Shown here piece after piece: positions 48,714 to 58,172 of a stretch of DNA of 64,000 nt (its first letter is position 1; every line of letters begins with the position of its first letter). Location: sequence record PQ400056.1, one strand, 5' to 3'. Under the pieces are notes generated by a model. It ran no database searches. It saw only the letters and a list, made by a program, of their open reading frames with translations, and was not told the origin of the DNA. This DNA comes from a phage. The position numbers and the translations under genes were made by a program.

Positions 48714-48872
48714 TTACTTAATGATACTTACTTTACCAGATCCATGACAATGAGCGCAACACCCATCACCACGCAATCCTGTTCCGTTACAGTGTTTACA
48801 CTTCTTCAACGGTAAAGCCATTATAGCAAATAAAGCAATAATGAATACCGAAACTAAATTCTCAATAATCAT
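48714..48872 (-). CDS. small membrane-anchored DnaJ-type zinc-finger protein (52 aa)
   Basis: not in the ORF track; hydrophobic N-terminus then CKHCNGTG and CAHCHGSG (two CxxCxGxG repeats); ATG 48872 with GAGGG SD, overlaps the nrdH stop by 11 nt. Confidence 0.4.
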   Translation of the reverse strand: MIIENLVSVFIIALFAIMALPLKKCKHCNGTGLRGDGCCAHCHGSGKVSIIK

Positions 48873-49131
48873 AAATCGCCCTCAGTTCTTTATAGCCTCC
48901 AATGTGCTCGTTGTCAATGAATATCTGGGGGTATACAAACCGGAGGCTCTTTGAGTTTAGCCTCCCCGCCAGTTCTTCAATCATATCACGGTCGGGAATA
49001 ATGTCAACCCCGACCTGCTTGAATACTGGTTTAAGTGTATACGGAATACCCAGATCATCCAGTAGCTTCATTGCACTAATACAACCATAACAATGATAAG
49101 CCTCTTTCGGTATACCGTATATCTCGATCAT
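48862..49131 (-). CDS. nrdH: NrdH-like glutaredoxin
   Basis: 89 aa; redox motif CYGC near N-terminus; position upstream of nrdG/nrdD as in T4. Confidence 0.7.
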   Translation of the reverse strand: MIEIYGIPKEAYHCYGCISAMKLLDDLGIPYTLKPVFKQVGVDIIPDRDMIEELAGRLNSKSLRFVYPQIFIDNEHIGGYKELRAIYDY

Positions 49132-49625
49132 TTCTCAGCCTTTAATCTTTCTAGTTCTTCTTCCAGTTCCTTGATCCGTTGGTCACGTTCAAAGTCACGC
49201 TGTAGCTTAGTGGCAAATACTCGCTTAAACTGATTGTAATCATCGATTTTAAACACTTCTTCTTCGCCATAGCGACGTACAGAAACTTCGTAGTTGTTGA
49301 AAAATTGTTCCAACATTGCATCAGTAGTCAGTTCTGACGACACCACTTTAAAATAACGTTCTTCTGATTGCAAAAACCAGTTGTGCGCGTATTCCCGTAC
49401 ATCATCAACATCTCGACAGGTGTATGTTTTTCCATCAATTTCAATCGCAGAAACATATTCGATATCTGACGCAATTTTTTCAAAAGCGATAACTTTAAAT
49501 GTACGGTCACCGATAAAGTCTGCTATTGCATCATTTGCAACACTGGTTGCAAATGCTTTCCGCGCTCGCTCGTTTTTCCACTGATAGGTCATACCAACAA
49601 CAAACATATTACCATCAACAAACAT
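49128..49625 (-). CDS. paralogous-family protein (WExGKTY family), member 1
   Basis: MTYQWKNERARKAF...FKVIAFEKI...IEIDGKTY...RYFKVV resembles the neighbouring paralogs; N-terminus has an 18-bp tandem duplication; start uncertain (several in-frame ATGs 49592-49649). Confidence 0.45.
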   Translation of the reverse strand: MFVDGNMFVVGMTYQWKNERARKAFATSVANDAIADFIGDRTFKVIAFEKIASDIEYVSAIEIDGKTYTCRDVDDVREYAHNWFLQSEERYFKVVSSELTTDAMLEQFFNNYEVSVRRYGEEEVFKIDDYNQFKRVFATKLQRDFERDQRIKELEEELERLKAEK

Positions 49626-49634
49626 ATTACCAAC
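49599..49634 (-). repeat. 18-bp tandem duplication (2 copies, 17/18 identical)
   Basis: plus-strand AACAAACATATTACCATC then AACAAACATATTACCAAC; duplicates GNMFVD/GNMFVV codons. Confidence 0.8.
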
Positions 49635-50451
49635 CTCGCTCTTTACCAATCAAAAATTCAACTTCACGACGTTTAATGTCTTCTTGAAGGTCTTTAATCT
49701 TCTGGCGATCTTGCATGATTTCATCCATCTTGTCAAGTGCCGCAATGAAATCATCGAAACGTTCAAAGGTTTTACCTTCATTTGCTTCGCCAAATTTAAC
49801 CATTGTCAGGCCGTAACGACTACTAAACAGACGTTTCAACTGTCCAACGATCTTAGAATCAGTGGTTATAACTTCCAATTCTTCTACTTCACGAAAGAAT
49901 TTTCTATCAGAATCAATAAACCAGCTAGTTCCTTTATGGTCTCTATCTTCGGTTGCGCTCATTAGAGTATGGTCTTTACCATCAATTTCAATTACATCAA
50001 TTTGCCCACATGGACTAACATTTTTAACAGTAAAAGGTCTATAATTTATTGCTCGTGCAATAACATAATTAAGGTTAGATACGTTTTCAGCATAATGGCA
50101 GAAGTCGGTCATAGCATTCGCATCTTTCCAAGTATAAGTTTTACCAACTTCCCATTTCTGGGGAACTTCTTCAACTTCACGAAAGAATTTTCTATCGAAT
50201 GGACTAAAGAAATATGTGGCAGTCCAAATGTCTTTTCCTGTAGCAGTTTTCGCCGTATGATAAACACCGTCTAGCTCTATTGCATCAATCCAACCGTTAC
50301 CATCGATCTCGATGATGGTAAATGGCTTGTCACCAATAGCTGCACTAATATCGCTGTTAAGTGGAGAAAGAACACCTTCTCCGTTAGTAATAAACTCAGT
50401 TTTAGCGTTTTCATCTTTCCAGGTGTAGGTTTTACCAATTTCCCATTTCAT
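49627..50451 (-). CDS. paralogous-family protein, member 2 (internal two-fold repeat)
   Basis: 274 aa; MKWEIGKTYTWKDENA ... DRKFFREVEE repeated as QKWEVGKTYTWKDANA ... DRKFFREVEE. Confidence 0.55.
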   Translation of the reverse strand: MKWEIGKTYTWKDENAKTEFITNGEGVLSPLNSDISAAIGDKPFTIIEIDGNGWIDAIELDGVYHTAKTATGKDIWTATYFFSPFDRKFFREVEEVPQKWEVGKTYTWKDANAMTDFCHYAENVSNLNYVIARAINYRPFTVKNVSPCGQIDVIEIDGKDHTLMSATEDRDHKGTSWFIDSDRKFFREVEELEVITTDSKIVGQLKRLFSSRYGLTMVKFGEANEGKTFERFDDFIAALDKMDEIMQDRQKIKDLQEDIKRREVEFLIGKERGW

Positions 50452-50463
50452 AATATATTCCCC

Positions 50464-50964
50464 TTAACCGATTTTATCAAGTTCGTTTAATGCTTTCTCT
50501 GCTTCCTGTATAGCTTGCACTCTTTCCGGCATTTTGTCAAGAAAATCTTTCAACTCTTCAAAACTGGAGATATGACGCAAGGCATTAGCACCGATAGCCG
50601 CATGTGATTTGCATTCAAAGCGAATTTTATAATTATCCATCGCCAATTTGAGAAGGTCTATTAGATCATATTCATGACCAGGCAATAAAACTTCTTTGAA
50701 GCACGCTCGGTCGCCATCGGAAAACCATATATTATCACCAACATCGATAGAACTAATATAATCCCCTTCGTGATTATAGATTGAACGTACATTACCCCAA
50801 CGGTCTACCGTAGCGACAGTAAATGGTTTATCTAGATATGTAAACACACCATCAATATTAGGTTTTTGTTCGTAACGCCAACAATCACGCAAAATGCGCT
50901 TTTCGTCCTCACCAACCAACTTATATGTCTTCCCTTCTTCCCATTTCATAATATCATCTCTCAT
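50464..50964 (-). CDS. paralogous-family protein, member 3
   Basis: 166 aa; MKWEEGKTYKL ... DRACFKEV plus coiled-coil C-terminus. Confidence 0.55.
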   Translation of the reverse strand: MRDDIMKWEEGKTYKLVGEDEKRILRDCWRYEQKPNIDGVFTYLDKPFTVATVDRWGNVRSIYNHEGDYISSIDVGDNIWFSDGDRACFKEVLLPGHEYDLIDLLKLAMDNYKIRFECKSHAAIGANALRHISSFEELKDFLDKMPERVQAIQEAEKALNELDKIG

Positions 50965-51491
50965 TTTTTGATACGTGATTCTAATTGGATCATACGGTCG
51001 CGCGTTTGCTTGTATTCGCGGATAGCACCGATCCGGCTAGGCATACCATCAAGCACGCTCTTAATCCCTTCTAGGGTAGTGATTTTAGCAATGCTATTAT
51101 GTAACCCCATCTTATCGATCAACTGAATGTCGTAGGCTTCCATAAGCAGACCCAGACGTTCTAAAGTTAGGTCTTCTTCTTTTTCTTCCGATTCTGGAAT
51201 CTTAGGTTCAATAATAACTTCGGTAAAGAAACGACGCTCACCCGACCAAAACCACACACCGGAACAGCCAATAGGGGATTCTTTTAACGTCATAGAGTCG
51301 AAATCACTACCGATAATAGTAATTTCTCTAACATCACCATCATCGTCAATGTCTTCTACCCTAAACGGGCGACCAGCCAACAAGTCAACAATACATCTGT
51401 TAATAGACGACGAAAATTTAGTCAGTTCGGCTTTCGACGCTTCGCATTCAATCTTGTAAGTTTTACCAACTTCCCATTCCATAATAATCAC
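50961..51491 (-). CDS. paralogous-family protein, member 4
   Basis: 176 aa; MEWEVGKTYKI ... ERRFFTEV plus coiled-coil C-terminus. Confidence 0.55.
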   Translation of the reverse strand: MIIMEWEVGKTYKIECEASKAELTKFSSSINRCIVDLLAGRPFRVEDIDDDGDVREITIIGSDFDSMTLKESPIGCSGVWFWSGERRFFTEVIIEPKIPESEEKEEDLTLERLGLLMEAYDIQLIDKMGLHNSIAKITTLEGIKSVLDGMPSRIGAIREYKQTRDRMIQLESRIKK

Positions 51492-51492
51492 C

Positions 51493-51996
51493 TCAAATAA
51501 TTTTCACTGGAATACTATTAACAATCTTGTATTGTACTTGATTGTCAGACCCCCGCCACGGCTTCTTCGTTGGCATATCTTTAATATAACGCCCATCGAT
51601 GAACATGTCAACTGATTCTACAATTTTTCTTTGCTCATCATTCAATTGGTCAAGGGTATAACCGGACCATAGCCAAATATCTTTATTTGGCATCCATGAT
51701 TTTACTTCATCGATGATCCGCTGTACACCCTTTAAATTGCGTTTATACAGTGGATCGCCACCTAAGAATGTTAGCCCCTGAATAAAATCAGGTCTAAGCA
51801 GGTCCAGAATCAATCCCATTGTATCATCGGTGAATGGTTCCCCGTTCTTAGGATTGAGTAGGCTAGCATTAAAGCAACCATCACATGCGTGTGAACATCC
51901 GGTAACGTAAAGGGAGACTCTCACTCCCTCACCGTTAACCATATCACAATCTTTAATATCGGCATAGCGTAGTTTGCCGTATGTATCAGAACTCAT
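51493..51996 (-). CDS. nrdG: anaerobic ribonucleotide reductase activating protein NrdG (radical SAM)
   Basis: CSHACDGC (CxxxCxxC), GLTFLGGDPLY, KDIWLWSGY, KPWRGSDNQ match remembered T4 NrdG; ATG 51996 (track start is TTG). Confidence 0.88.
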   Translation of the reverse strand: MSSDTYGKLRYADIKDCDMVNGEGVRVSLYVTGCSHACDGCFNASLLNPKNGEPFTDDTMGLILDLLRPDFIQGLTFLGGDPLYKRNLKGVQRIIDEVKSWMPNKDIWLWSGYTLDQLNDEQRKIVESVDMFIDGRYIKDMPTKKPWRGSDNQVQYKIVNSIPVKII

Positions 51997-52213
51997 ATTC
52001 AATTACCCCGAACTCGTTTACAATCTGCGCTTTATAGTAACCACCGCGAGATGCTAATAGATAAGCTGGGCTTAGGTATTCGTATTCACGGATTTCTACT
52101 TGTGCGTTTTCAGTTTCCCAAATCAGTAAAGTCCACATATTTGATTCTCCTGTAAAGTTGTATCTCGTCTTGATGAATATAGTATAGGGGATCTCGCGAT
52201 CCCCGTCAAGCAT
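51986..52213 (-). CDS. hypothetical protein (75 aa)
   Basis: minus-strand ORF just outside the inverted-repeat arm. Confidence 0.4.
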   Translation of the reverse strand: MLDGDREIPYTIFIKTRYNFTGESNMWTLLIWETENAQVEIREYEYLSPAYLLASRGGYYKAQIVNEFGVIEYEF

Positions 52214-52741
52214 TTATTTTAAATTTTTTCGAATGTAGTCAGACCATTCCTTCCCTGTCAGTTCGGTCCCATTCTGGAAACTGAAATATTCATACGGCAT
52301 CGAGTCAAGATAAAACAGGATCATACATCGCGCCATATAATACCAATCACGATTAAAGTAAACTACGTTATCGCCAGTACCATCAGCACCTTTATCATAA
52401 CCATCGCGGGTACGGGCGACCCATTGAATAGTATCATTTTTCTCACGGATCGTAACAGGTTCCCAATATCCAGCACATCCAGCATGACCACACGAACAAG
52501 TAATGAAATATTGTCCTTTTGCTTTGTTGTCATCCCATTCACGATGGATTGGTTCGATCTCGTGAAACAGTGCTAAGCAATCATGATTATGCAACACTGG
52601 CTTACCATCAATCAATGCATGGAATGTATACAAACGACCCGTAGACAAATAGCTATCCTCACGCTCAACCAGTTCAATAGCAATCTTTTTAGCTCGTTCT
52701 TTGTGTCGTTGTGCTTTACGCTTACGGTTTAATGATTTCAT
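52214..52741 (-). CDS. hypothetical Cys/His-rich protein (175 aa)
   Basis: basic N-terminus MKSLNRKRKAQRHKERAKK; HNHDCLALFHEIEPIHREW and CSCGHAGCAGYW suggest metal binding; ATG 52741 with GAGGTGA SD. Confidence 0.5.
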   Translation of the reverse strand: MKSLNRKRKAQRHKERAKKIAIELVEREDSYLSTGRLYTFHALIDGKPVLHNHDCLALFHEIEPIHREWDDNKAKGQYFITCSCGHAGCAGYWEPVTIREKNDTIQWVARTRDGYDKGADGTGDNVVYFNRDWYYMARCMILFYLDSMPYEYFSFQNGTELTGKEWSDYIRKNLK

Positions 52742-52758
52742 ATTCACCTCACACATTA

Positions 52759-53298
52759 TCAAAGGTCGCGATATAGTACATTATGAAAATGAGAACTTGC
52801 ATTACCAATATTGTAGATAATAAATTCTTCATCCGGCGCTTGCGCTACAAATTGAGTATGAGCAACCGCCACAACCTTAAAAATACGATCCGTGATCTTG
52901 TGTTTAATTTCTGCCCCTACTTCCATAGGAACATATTCATTTGTTTCTGTTTCAGTCGCAAAACAGCCATCTTCTTCATAAGCACGAACAAATCGATCGC
53001 AATCAGTACGCTTAACAAATTCAAGAGTATACAATTCTCGTGAATTGTCGGTATAGACCAATACAGAATTATTATGATAGCGAATCACATACAGGTTATT
53101 ATCATCGTCAATTACGCAAAAGCTACGGATTCCTTCGCCTTTACTCCAGCAGATATTAACCACCGTTCCTCTAATAAAAAAACTTTCCTTTAAATTAAAA
53201 CTAGTCAATGTGCTAGCGTGCATTTTAACAACAACACCATCGCCAATTTCCAGTTTACGAAGTTTAACTTCTTTGTTCAGTACACAAAACATCATCAT
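52759..53298 (-). CDS. hypothetical protein (179 aa)
   Basis: first gene after the nrdD terminator-promoter pair; ATG 53298 with GAGAGG SD. Confidence 0.5.
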   Translation of the reverse strand: MMMFCVLNKEVKLRKLEIGDGVVVKMHASTLTSFNLKESFFIRGTVVNICWSKGEGIRSFCVIDDDNNLYVIRYHNNSVLVYTDNSRELYTLEFVKRTDCDRFVRAYEEDGCFATETETNEYVPMEVGAEIKHKITDRIFKVVAVAHTQFVAQAPDEEFIIYNIGNASSHFHNVLYRDL

Positions 53299-53327
53299 GT
53301 TGTCCTCTCGTTGTTTTCGATGTGAGC

Positions 53328-53355
53328 ATTATACATTAGCTAATCATGTTGTCAA
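53328..53355 (-). promoter_or_regulatory. consensus sigma70-type promoter TTGACA, 16 nt, TATAAT
   Basis: minus-strand TTGACA (53355-53350), TATAAT (53333-53328); mirrored on the plus strand at 56596-56623 in the inverted copy. Confidence 0.6.
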
Positions 53356-53361
53356 CACCCC

Positions 53362-53393
53362 AAAACGAAAAAGCCGACCCTTTCGGATCGGCT
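53362..53393 (-). terminator. rho-independent terminator after nrdD
   Basis: minus-strand AGCCGATCCGAAAGGGTCGGCT followed by TTTTCGTTTT. Confidence 0.6.
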
Positions 53394-53398
53394 GAAAT

Positions 53399-55262
53399 TT
53401 ACATGTGCTTAACGCGGTTTACCATCTCGGAGTGTTTCCCGTGGTTGAATGGACGCAGATCAACAGATCCAAGATATCCACTAACGCGACGGATAACATT
53501 CATCTTTTCCAGATTGTCATTACCGCAATCAGGACAAACAAAACCAGACTCGGTCGCTCTCATTTCCTTAGTAGATCCGCATACATGACATACATCAGAA
53601 GGAGTATTAACACCGAAGTAGTGCAATTTATCCATTGCATAGTCTACTACAGTTTCAAGACCTTTCAGGTTGTTTTTCATGTCTGGGAACTCAACATAAG
53701 AGATCATGCCACCGGACGCCAGCCAGTGATAATCTTTCTCAAAGTCAATTTTCTCAAATGGAGTGACTTTCCGGTCTACGTCAAGGTGGAATGAGTTGGT
53801 GTACCAGTCTTTATCGGTAGCACCCTTAACAATACCAAATTGCTCTCGGTCCAGTCGATTAAATCGATAGCAAAGGCTCTCGGCTGGAGTACCGTAAAGA
53901 CTAAACCCAAGTCCGGTTTCGTCCTTCCATTTTTCAGTATAATGACGCAAGATCTTAAGAATATGTTTACCGTATCGCTGCGCATCTTCCGAATCAAACG
54001 GATGAACACCAAACAGGACGCTCAATACCTCATGTAAACCAATATATCCAAGAGAGATACTAGCGCGACCATCTTTCAACACTTCCAAAATTTCATCGTT
54101 TTGATGAATACGGAAAAACGCACCTTCGGTATACAGCACCGGAGCAACATTGGCTTTAGCCCCTTTTAAAGCGTCTACGCGACTCATGAGCGCATCAAAG
54201 CAAATAGGCATACGATTGGCTAGCTCTTGTTCGAATAGCTCAATTCTGCGCATTACAGACGCTTTACCAGCACGACGCGCGGCAATAAGGGCAATACGCG
54301 GAAGATTCAGGGTCACAACACCCAAGTTATTACGTCCGTCTAATACTTCTTCTCCTTTCTCATTATGCCACACACCCAGGAAGCTACGACAACCCATCGG
54401 GCTAACCGGAACACTAGATCCGGTGATACTACGGTTATTCTTCGCAGAGATATAATCAGGGTAAAGACGCTTACTAGAACATTCCAATGCAAGTTGCTTA
54501 ATGTCGTAGTTCGGATCTTCCGGTTTAAGGTTTAATCCTTCTTCTAAGAACATCACCAGCTTAGGAAACACCGGAGTGATACCATCTTTACCTAAACCTT
54601 TAGTTCGAACGTTCAGGATCGCTTTCTGAATCAGTTTTTTCTTCCCAGCTAGTACCCATACCAAAGGTTAAAGTCACAAAAGGCGTTTGACCGTTGGTGG
54701 AGAACAAAGTGTTGATTTCATATTCCAACGCCTGATATCCGTCTAACGTTTCTTTTTCTGTTTTCTCTTGTGCATAGAGAGTATCAGCTTTGATTCCGTA
54801 GGTTTCGGCATCAGCAAGGTGTTTATAATATGTTTTCTCAACATACGGTGCTAACACCTGATCGATGTTTGCGATTGTGGTCCCGCCATATTGATGACTT
54901 GCCACCTGTGCGATAATTTGAGCGGTTACAGCACAAGCAACGCCGATTGATTTCGGACTTTCGATTTGTGCGCTACCCAATTTAAAACCATTCTCTAACA
55001 TGTCTTTGAGATTAACAAGACAGCAGTTAGTAAACGGCATAGCGGGTGCATAATCCATATCATGATAATGAATGTCACCGTCTACATGCGCTTTATAGAT
55101 GTGCTCAGGTAACACGGTTTTAGCAATCTGTTTAGACACAGCACCAGCAATCAGATCTCGACGTGTCGGGAATGTTCGCGCGTCTTTGTTCGCGTTCTCT
55201 TTGCTTACTTCGTTTTCTTTACCCGTTGCGATCTCTGTAATGTCTTTGATTAGTTTTTCCAT
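53399..55262 (-). pseudogene. nrdD: anaerobic ribonucleotide reductase NrdD, interrupted by a 1-nt frameshift in an A6 run
   Basis: N-terminal ORF 54600-55262 (ENANKDARTFPTRRDL, FTNCCLVNLKDMLENGFKLG, TFGMGTSW) and C-terminal ORF 53399-54664 (LIQKAILNVRTKGLGKDGITPVFPKLV ... C-terminal CPDCG zinc ribbon) match remembered T4 NrdD; frames join if the A run at 54635-54640 (minus strand) is 5 nt; no intron. Confidence 0.85.
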
Positions 55263-55404
55263 TGTATCACCTATGAAAAAGCGGGATTTCTCCCGCTCGT
55301 TGATAGTTATTTTACCAGTTCTGCTAATTCTTTTTCTTTAGCTTCTAGTTCAGCTTTAAGCTGTTTAATCTCTTGTCGCTTCTTATTCATATTACGCTAA
55401 AGAA

Positions 55405-57721
55405 TAGAAGAAGGATTAAACCTTAAACCGGAAGATCCGAACTACGACATTAAGCAACTTGCATTGGAATGTTCTAGTAAGCGTCTTTACCCTGATTATA
55501 TCTCTGCGAAGAATAACCGTAGTATCACCGGATCTAGTGTTCCGGTTAGCCCGATGGGTTGTCGTAGCTTCCTGGGTGTGTGGCATAATGAGAAAGGAGA
55601 AGAAGTATTAGACGGACGTAATAACTTGGGTGTTGTGACCCTGAATCTTCCGCGTATTGCCCTTATTGCCGCGCGTCGTGCTGGTAAAGCGTCTGTAATG
55701 CGCAGAATTGAGCTATTCGAACAAGAGCTAGCCAATCGTATGCCTATTTGCTTTGATGCGCTCATGAGTCGCGTAGACGCTTTAAAAGGGGCTAAAGCCA
55801 ATGTTGCTCCGGTGCTGTATACCGAAGGTGCGTTTTTCCGTATTCATCAAAACGATGAAATTTTGGAAGTGTTGAAAGATGGTCGCGCTAGTATCTCTCT
55901 TGGATATATTGGTTTACATGAGGTATTGAGCGTCCTGTTTGGTGTTCATCCGTTTGATTCGGAAGATGCGCAGCGATACGGTAAACATATTCTTAAGATC
56001 TTGCGTCATTATACTGAAAAATGGAAGGACGAAACCGGACTTGGGTTTAGTCTTTACGGTACTCCAGCCGAGAGCCTTTGCTATCGATTTAATCGACTGG
56101 ACCGAGAGCAATTTGGTATTGTTAAGGGTGCTACCGATAAAGACTGGTACACCAACTCATTCCACCTTGACGTAGACCGGAAAGTCACTCCATTTGAGAA
56201 AATTGACTTTGAGAAAGATTATCACTGGCTGGCGTCCGGTGGCATGATCTCTTATGTTGAGTTCCCAGACATGAAAAACAACCTGAAAGGTCTTGAAACT
56301 GTAGTAGACTATGCAATGGATAAATTGCACTACTTCGGTGTTAATACTCCTTCTGATGTATGTCATGTATGCGGATCTACTAAGGAAATGAGAGCGACCG
56401 AGTCTGGTTTTGTTTGTCCTGATTGCGGTAATGACAATCTGGAAAAGATGAATGTTATCCGTCGCGTTAGTGGATATCTTGGATCTGTTGATCTGCGTCC
56501 ATTCAACCACGGGAAACACTCCGAGATGGTAAACCGCGTTAAGCACATGTAAATTTCAGCCGATCCGAAAGGGTCGGCTTTTTCGTTTTGGGGTGTTGAC
56601 AACATGATTAGCTAATGTATAATGCTCACATCGAAAACAACGAGAGGACAACATGATGATGTTTTGTGTACTGAACAAAGAAGTTAAACTTCGTAAACTG
56701 GAAATTGGCGATGGTGTTGTTGTTAAAATGCACGCTAGCACATTGACTAGTTTTAATTTAAAGGAAAGTTTTTTTATTAGAGGAACGGTGGTTAATATCT
56801 GCTGGAGTAAAGGCGAAGGAATCCGTAGCTTTTGCGTAATTGACGATGATAATAACCTGTATGTGATTCGCTATCATAATAATTCTGTATTGGTCTATAC
56901 CGACAATTCACGAGAATTGTATACTCTTGAATTTGTTAAGCGTACTGATTGCGATCGATTTGTTCGTGCTTATGAAGAAGATGGCTGTTTTGCGACTGAA
57001 ACAGAAACAAATGAATATGTTCCTATGGAAGTAGGGGCAGAAATTAAACACAAGATCACGGATCGTATTTTTAAGGTTGTGGCGGTTGCTCATACTCAAT
57101 TTGTAGCGCAAGCGCCGGATGAAGAATTTATTATCTACAATATTGGTAATGCAAGTTCTCATTTTCATAATGTACTATATCGCGACCTTTGATAATGTGT
57201 GAGGTGAATATGAAATCATTAAACCGTAAGCGTAAAGCACAACGACACAAAGAACGAGCTAAAAAGATTGCTATTGAACTGGTTGAGCGTGAGGATAGCT
57301 ATTTGTCTACGGGTCGTTTGTATACATTCCATGCATTGATTGATGGTAAGCCAGTGTTGCATAATCATGATTGCTTAGCACTGTTTCACGAGATCGAACC
57401 AATCCATCGTGAATGGGATGACAACAAAGCAAAAGGACAATATTTCATTACTTGTTCGTGTGGTCATGCTGGATGTGCTGGATATTGGGAACCTGTTACG
57501 ATCCGTGAGAAAAATGATACTATTCAATGGGTCGCCCGTACCCGCGATGGTTATGATAAAGGTGCTGATGGTACTGGCGATAACGTAGTTTACTTTAATC
57601 GTGATTGGTATTATATGGCGCGATGTATGATCCTGTTTTATCTTGACTCGATGCCGTATGAATATTTCAGTTTCCAGAATGGGACCGAACTGACAGGGAA
57701 GGAATGGTCTGACTACATTCG
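55405..57721. repeat. inverted repeat arm 2: inverted duplicate of nrdD 3' part, terminator, promoter and two ORFs
   Basis: track ORFs 55464-56552, 56653-57192 and 57189-57800 duplicate the 53399-54664, 52759-53298 and 52214-52762 products; the last acquires a different C-terminus past the repeat boundary at 57721. Confidence 0.9.
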
Positions 57722-57800
57722 CCATCTGATGGTTGCTTTTAGTGATTGCCGACAGCATCCGGGGAAGTACAATAATAAATGGGAATTGATGACCTGTTAA

Positions 57801-58060
57801 GACCTGATTTATTGGGGTAAATTTTAGGTGAAATCACTGTATAAAAAATTAAAGGGGCTGAGGATATAAATAAAATAAAATGGAGAGCCAAAGAGTCTCA
57901 GGGAACCTCCAGAAAAAAAGGGGAGGGGGGGGGGGAGAGAGTATTTATTAGTGGGTGTGGCTGTCGGGGAATTTTTATGAGGGGAATTGATGGTTCAAAT
58001 TGATTAAAAAGATGGGCTGCATATAAAAAGGGATCGGGAAAAAATATCTAAAACAGTAAC
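57801..58060. other. purine-rich low-complexity bridge with no coding capacity (probable chimeric junction)
   Basis: strong A/G bias with very few C, G run of 11 at 57925-57935, GGGGAGAGAG-type strings; separates AT-rich phage sequence from GC-rich P2-like sequence. Confidence 0.6.
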
Positions 58061-58166
58061 TCATCCAAGCATCACACATCACTATGCCGACACAGAAGAC
58101 ACCGTGCTGGAAATTCAGCGGCTGGCTACCGTCTGCCGCGACACCCTGAATGGCATGACGAAGTAA
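58061..58166 (+). other. 3' fragment of a truncated upstream ORF of the P2-like replication region
   Basis: open frame ...HPSITHHYADTEDTVLEIQRLATVCRDTLNGMTK ending 7 nt before the gene A start; 5' part absent. Confidence 0.3.
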
Positions 58167-58172
58167 ATCACT

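Larger units (their letters stand above)
52230..54546. repeat. inverted repeat arm 1 (2,317 bp), collinear with the phage gene array
   Basis: reverse complement recurs at 55405-57721 (coordinates sum to 109951); end sequences match exactly and all encoded ORFs are identical between arms. Confidence 0.9.

Noticed and set aside
53399-55262. Group I intron and homing endonuclease in nrdD, as in T4
   Set aside because: Apart from a 1-nt homopolymer frameshift the NrdD coding sequence is collinear with the remembered protein; no inserted block.
55464-57800. Plus-strand ORFs in inverted-repeat arm 2 as independent genes
   Set aside because: Exact inverted duplicates of arm 1 genes; the nrdD copy lacks its N-terminal third and the last ORF is cut at the repeat boundary, so they are duplication products.
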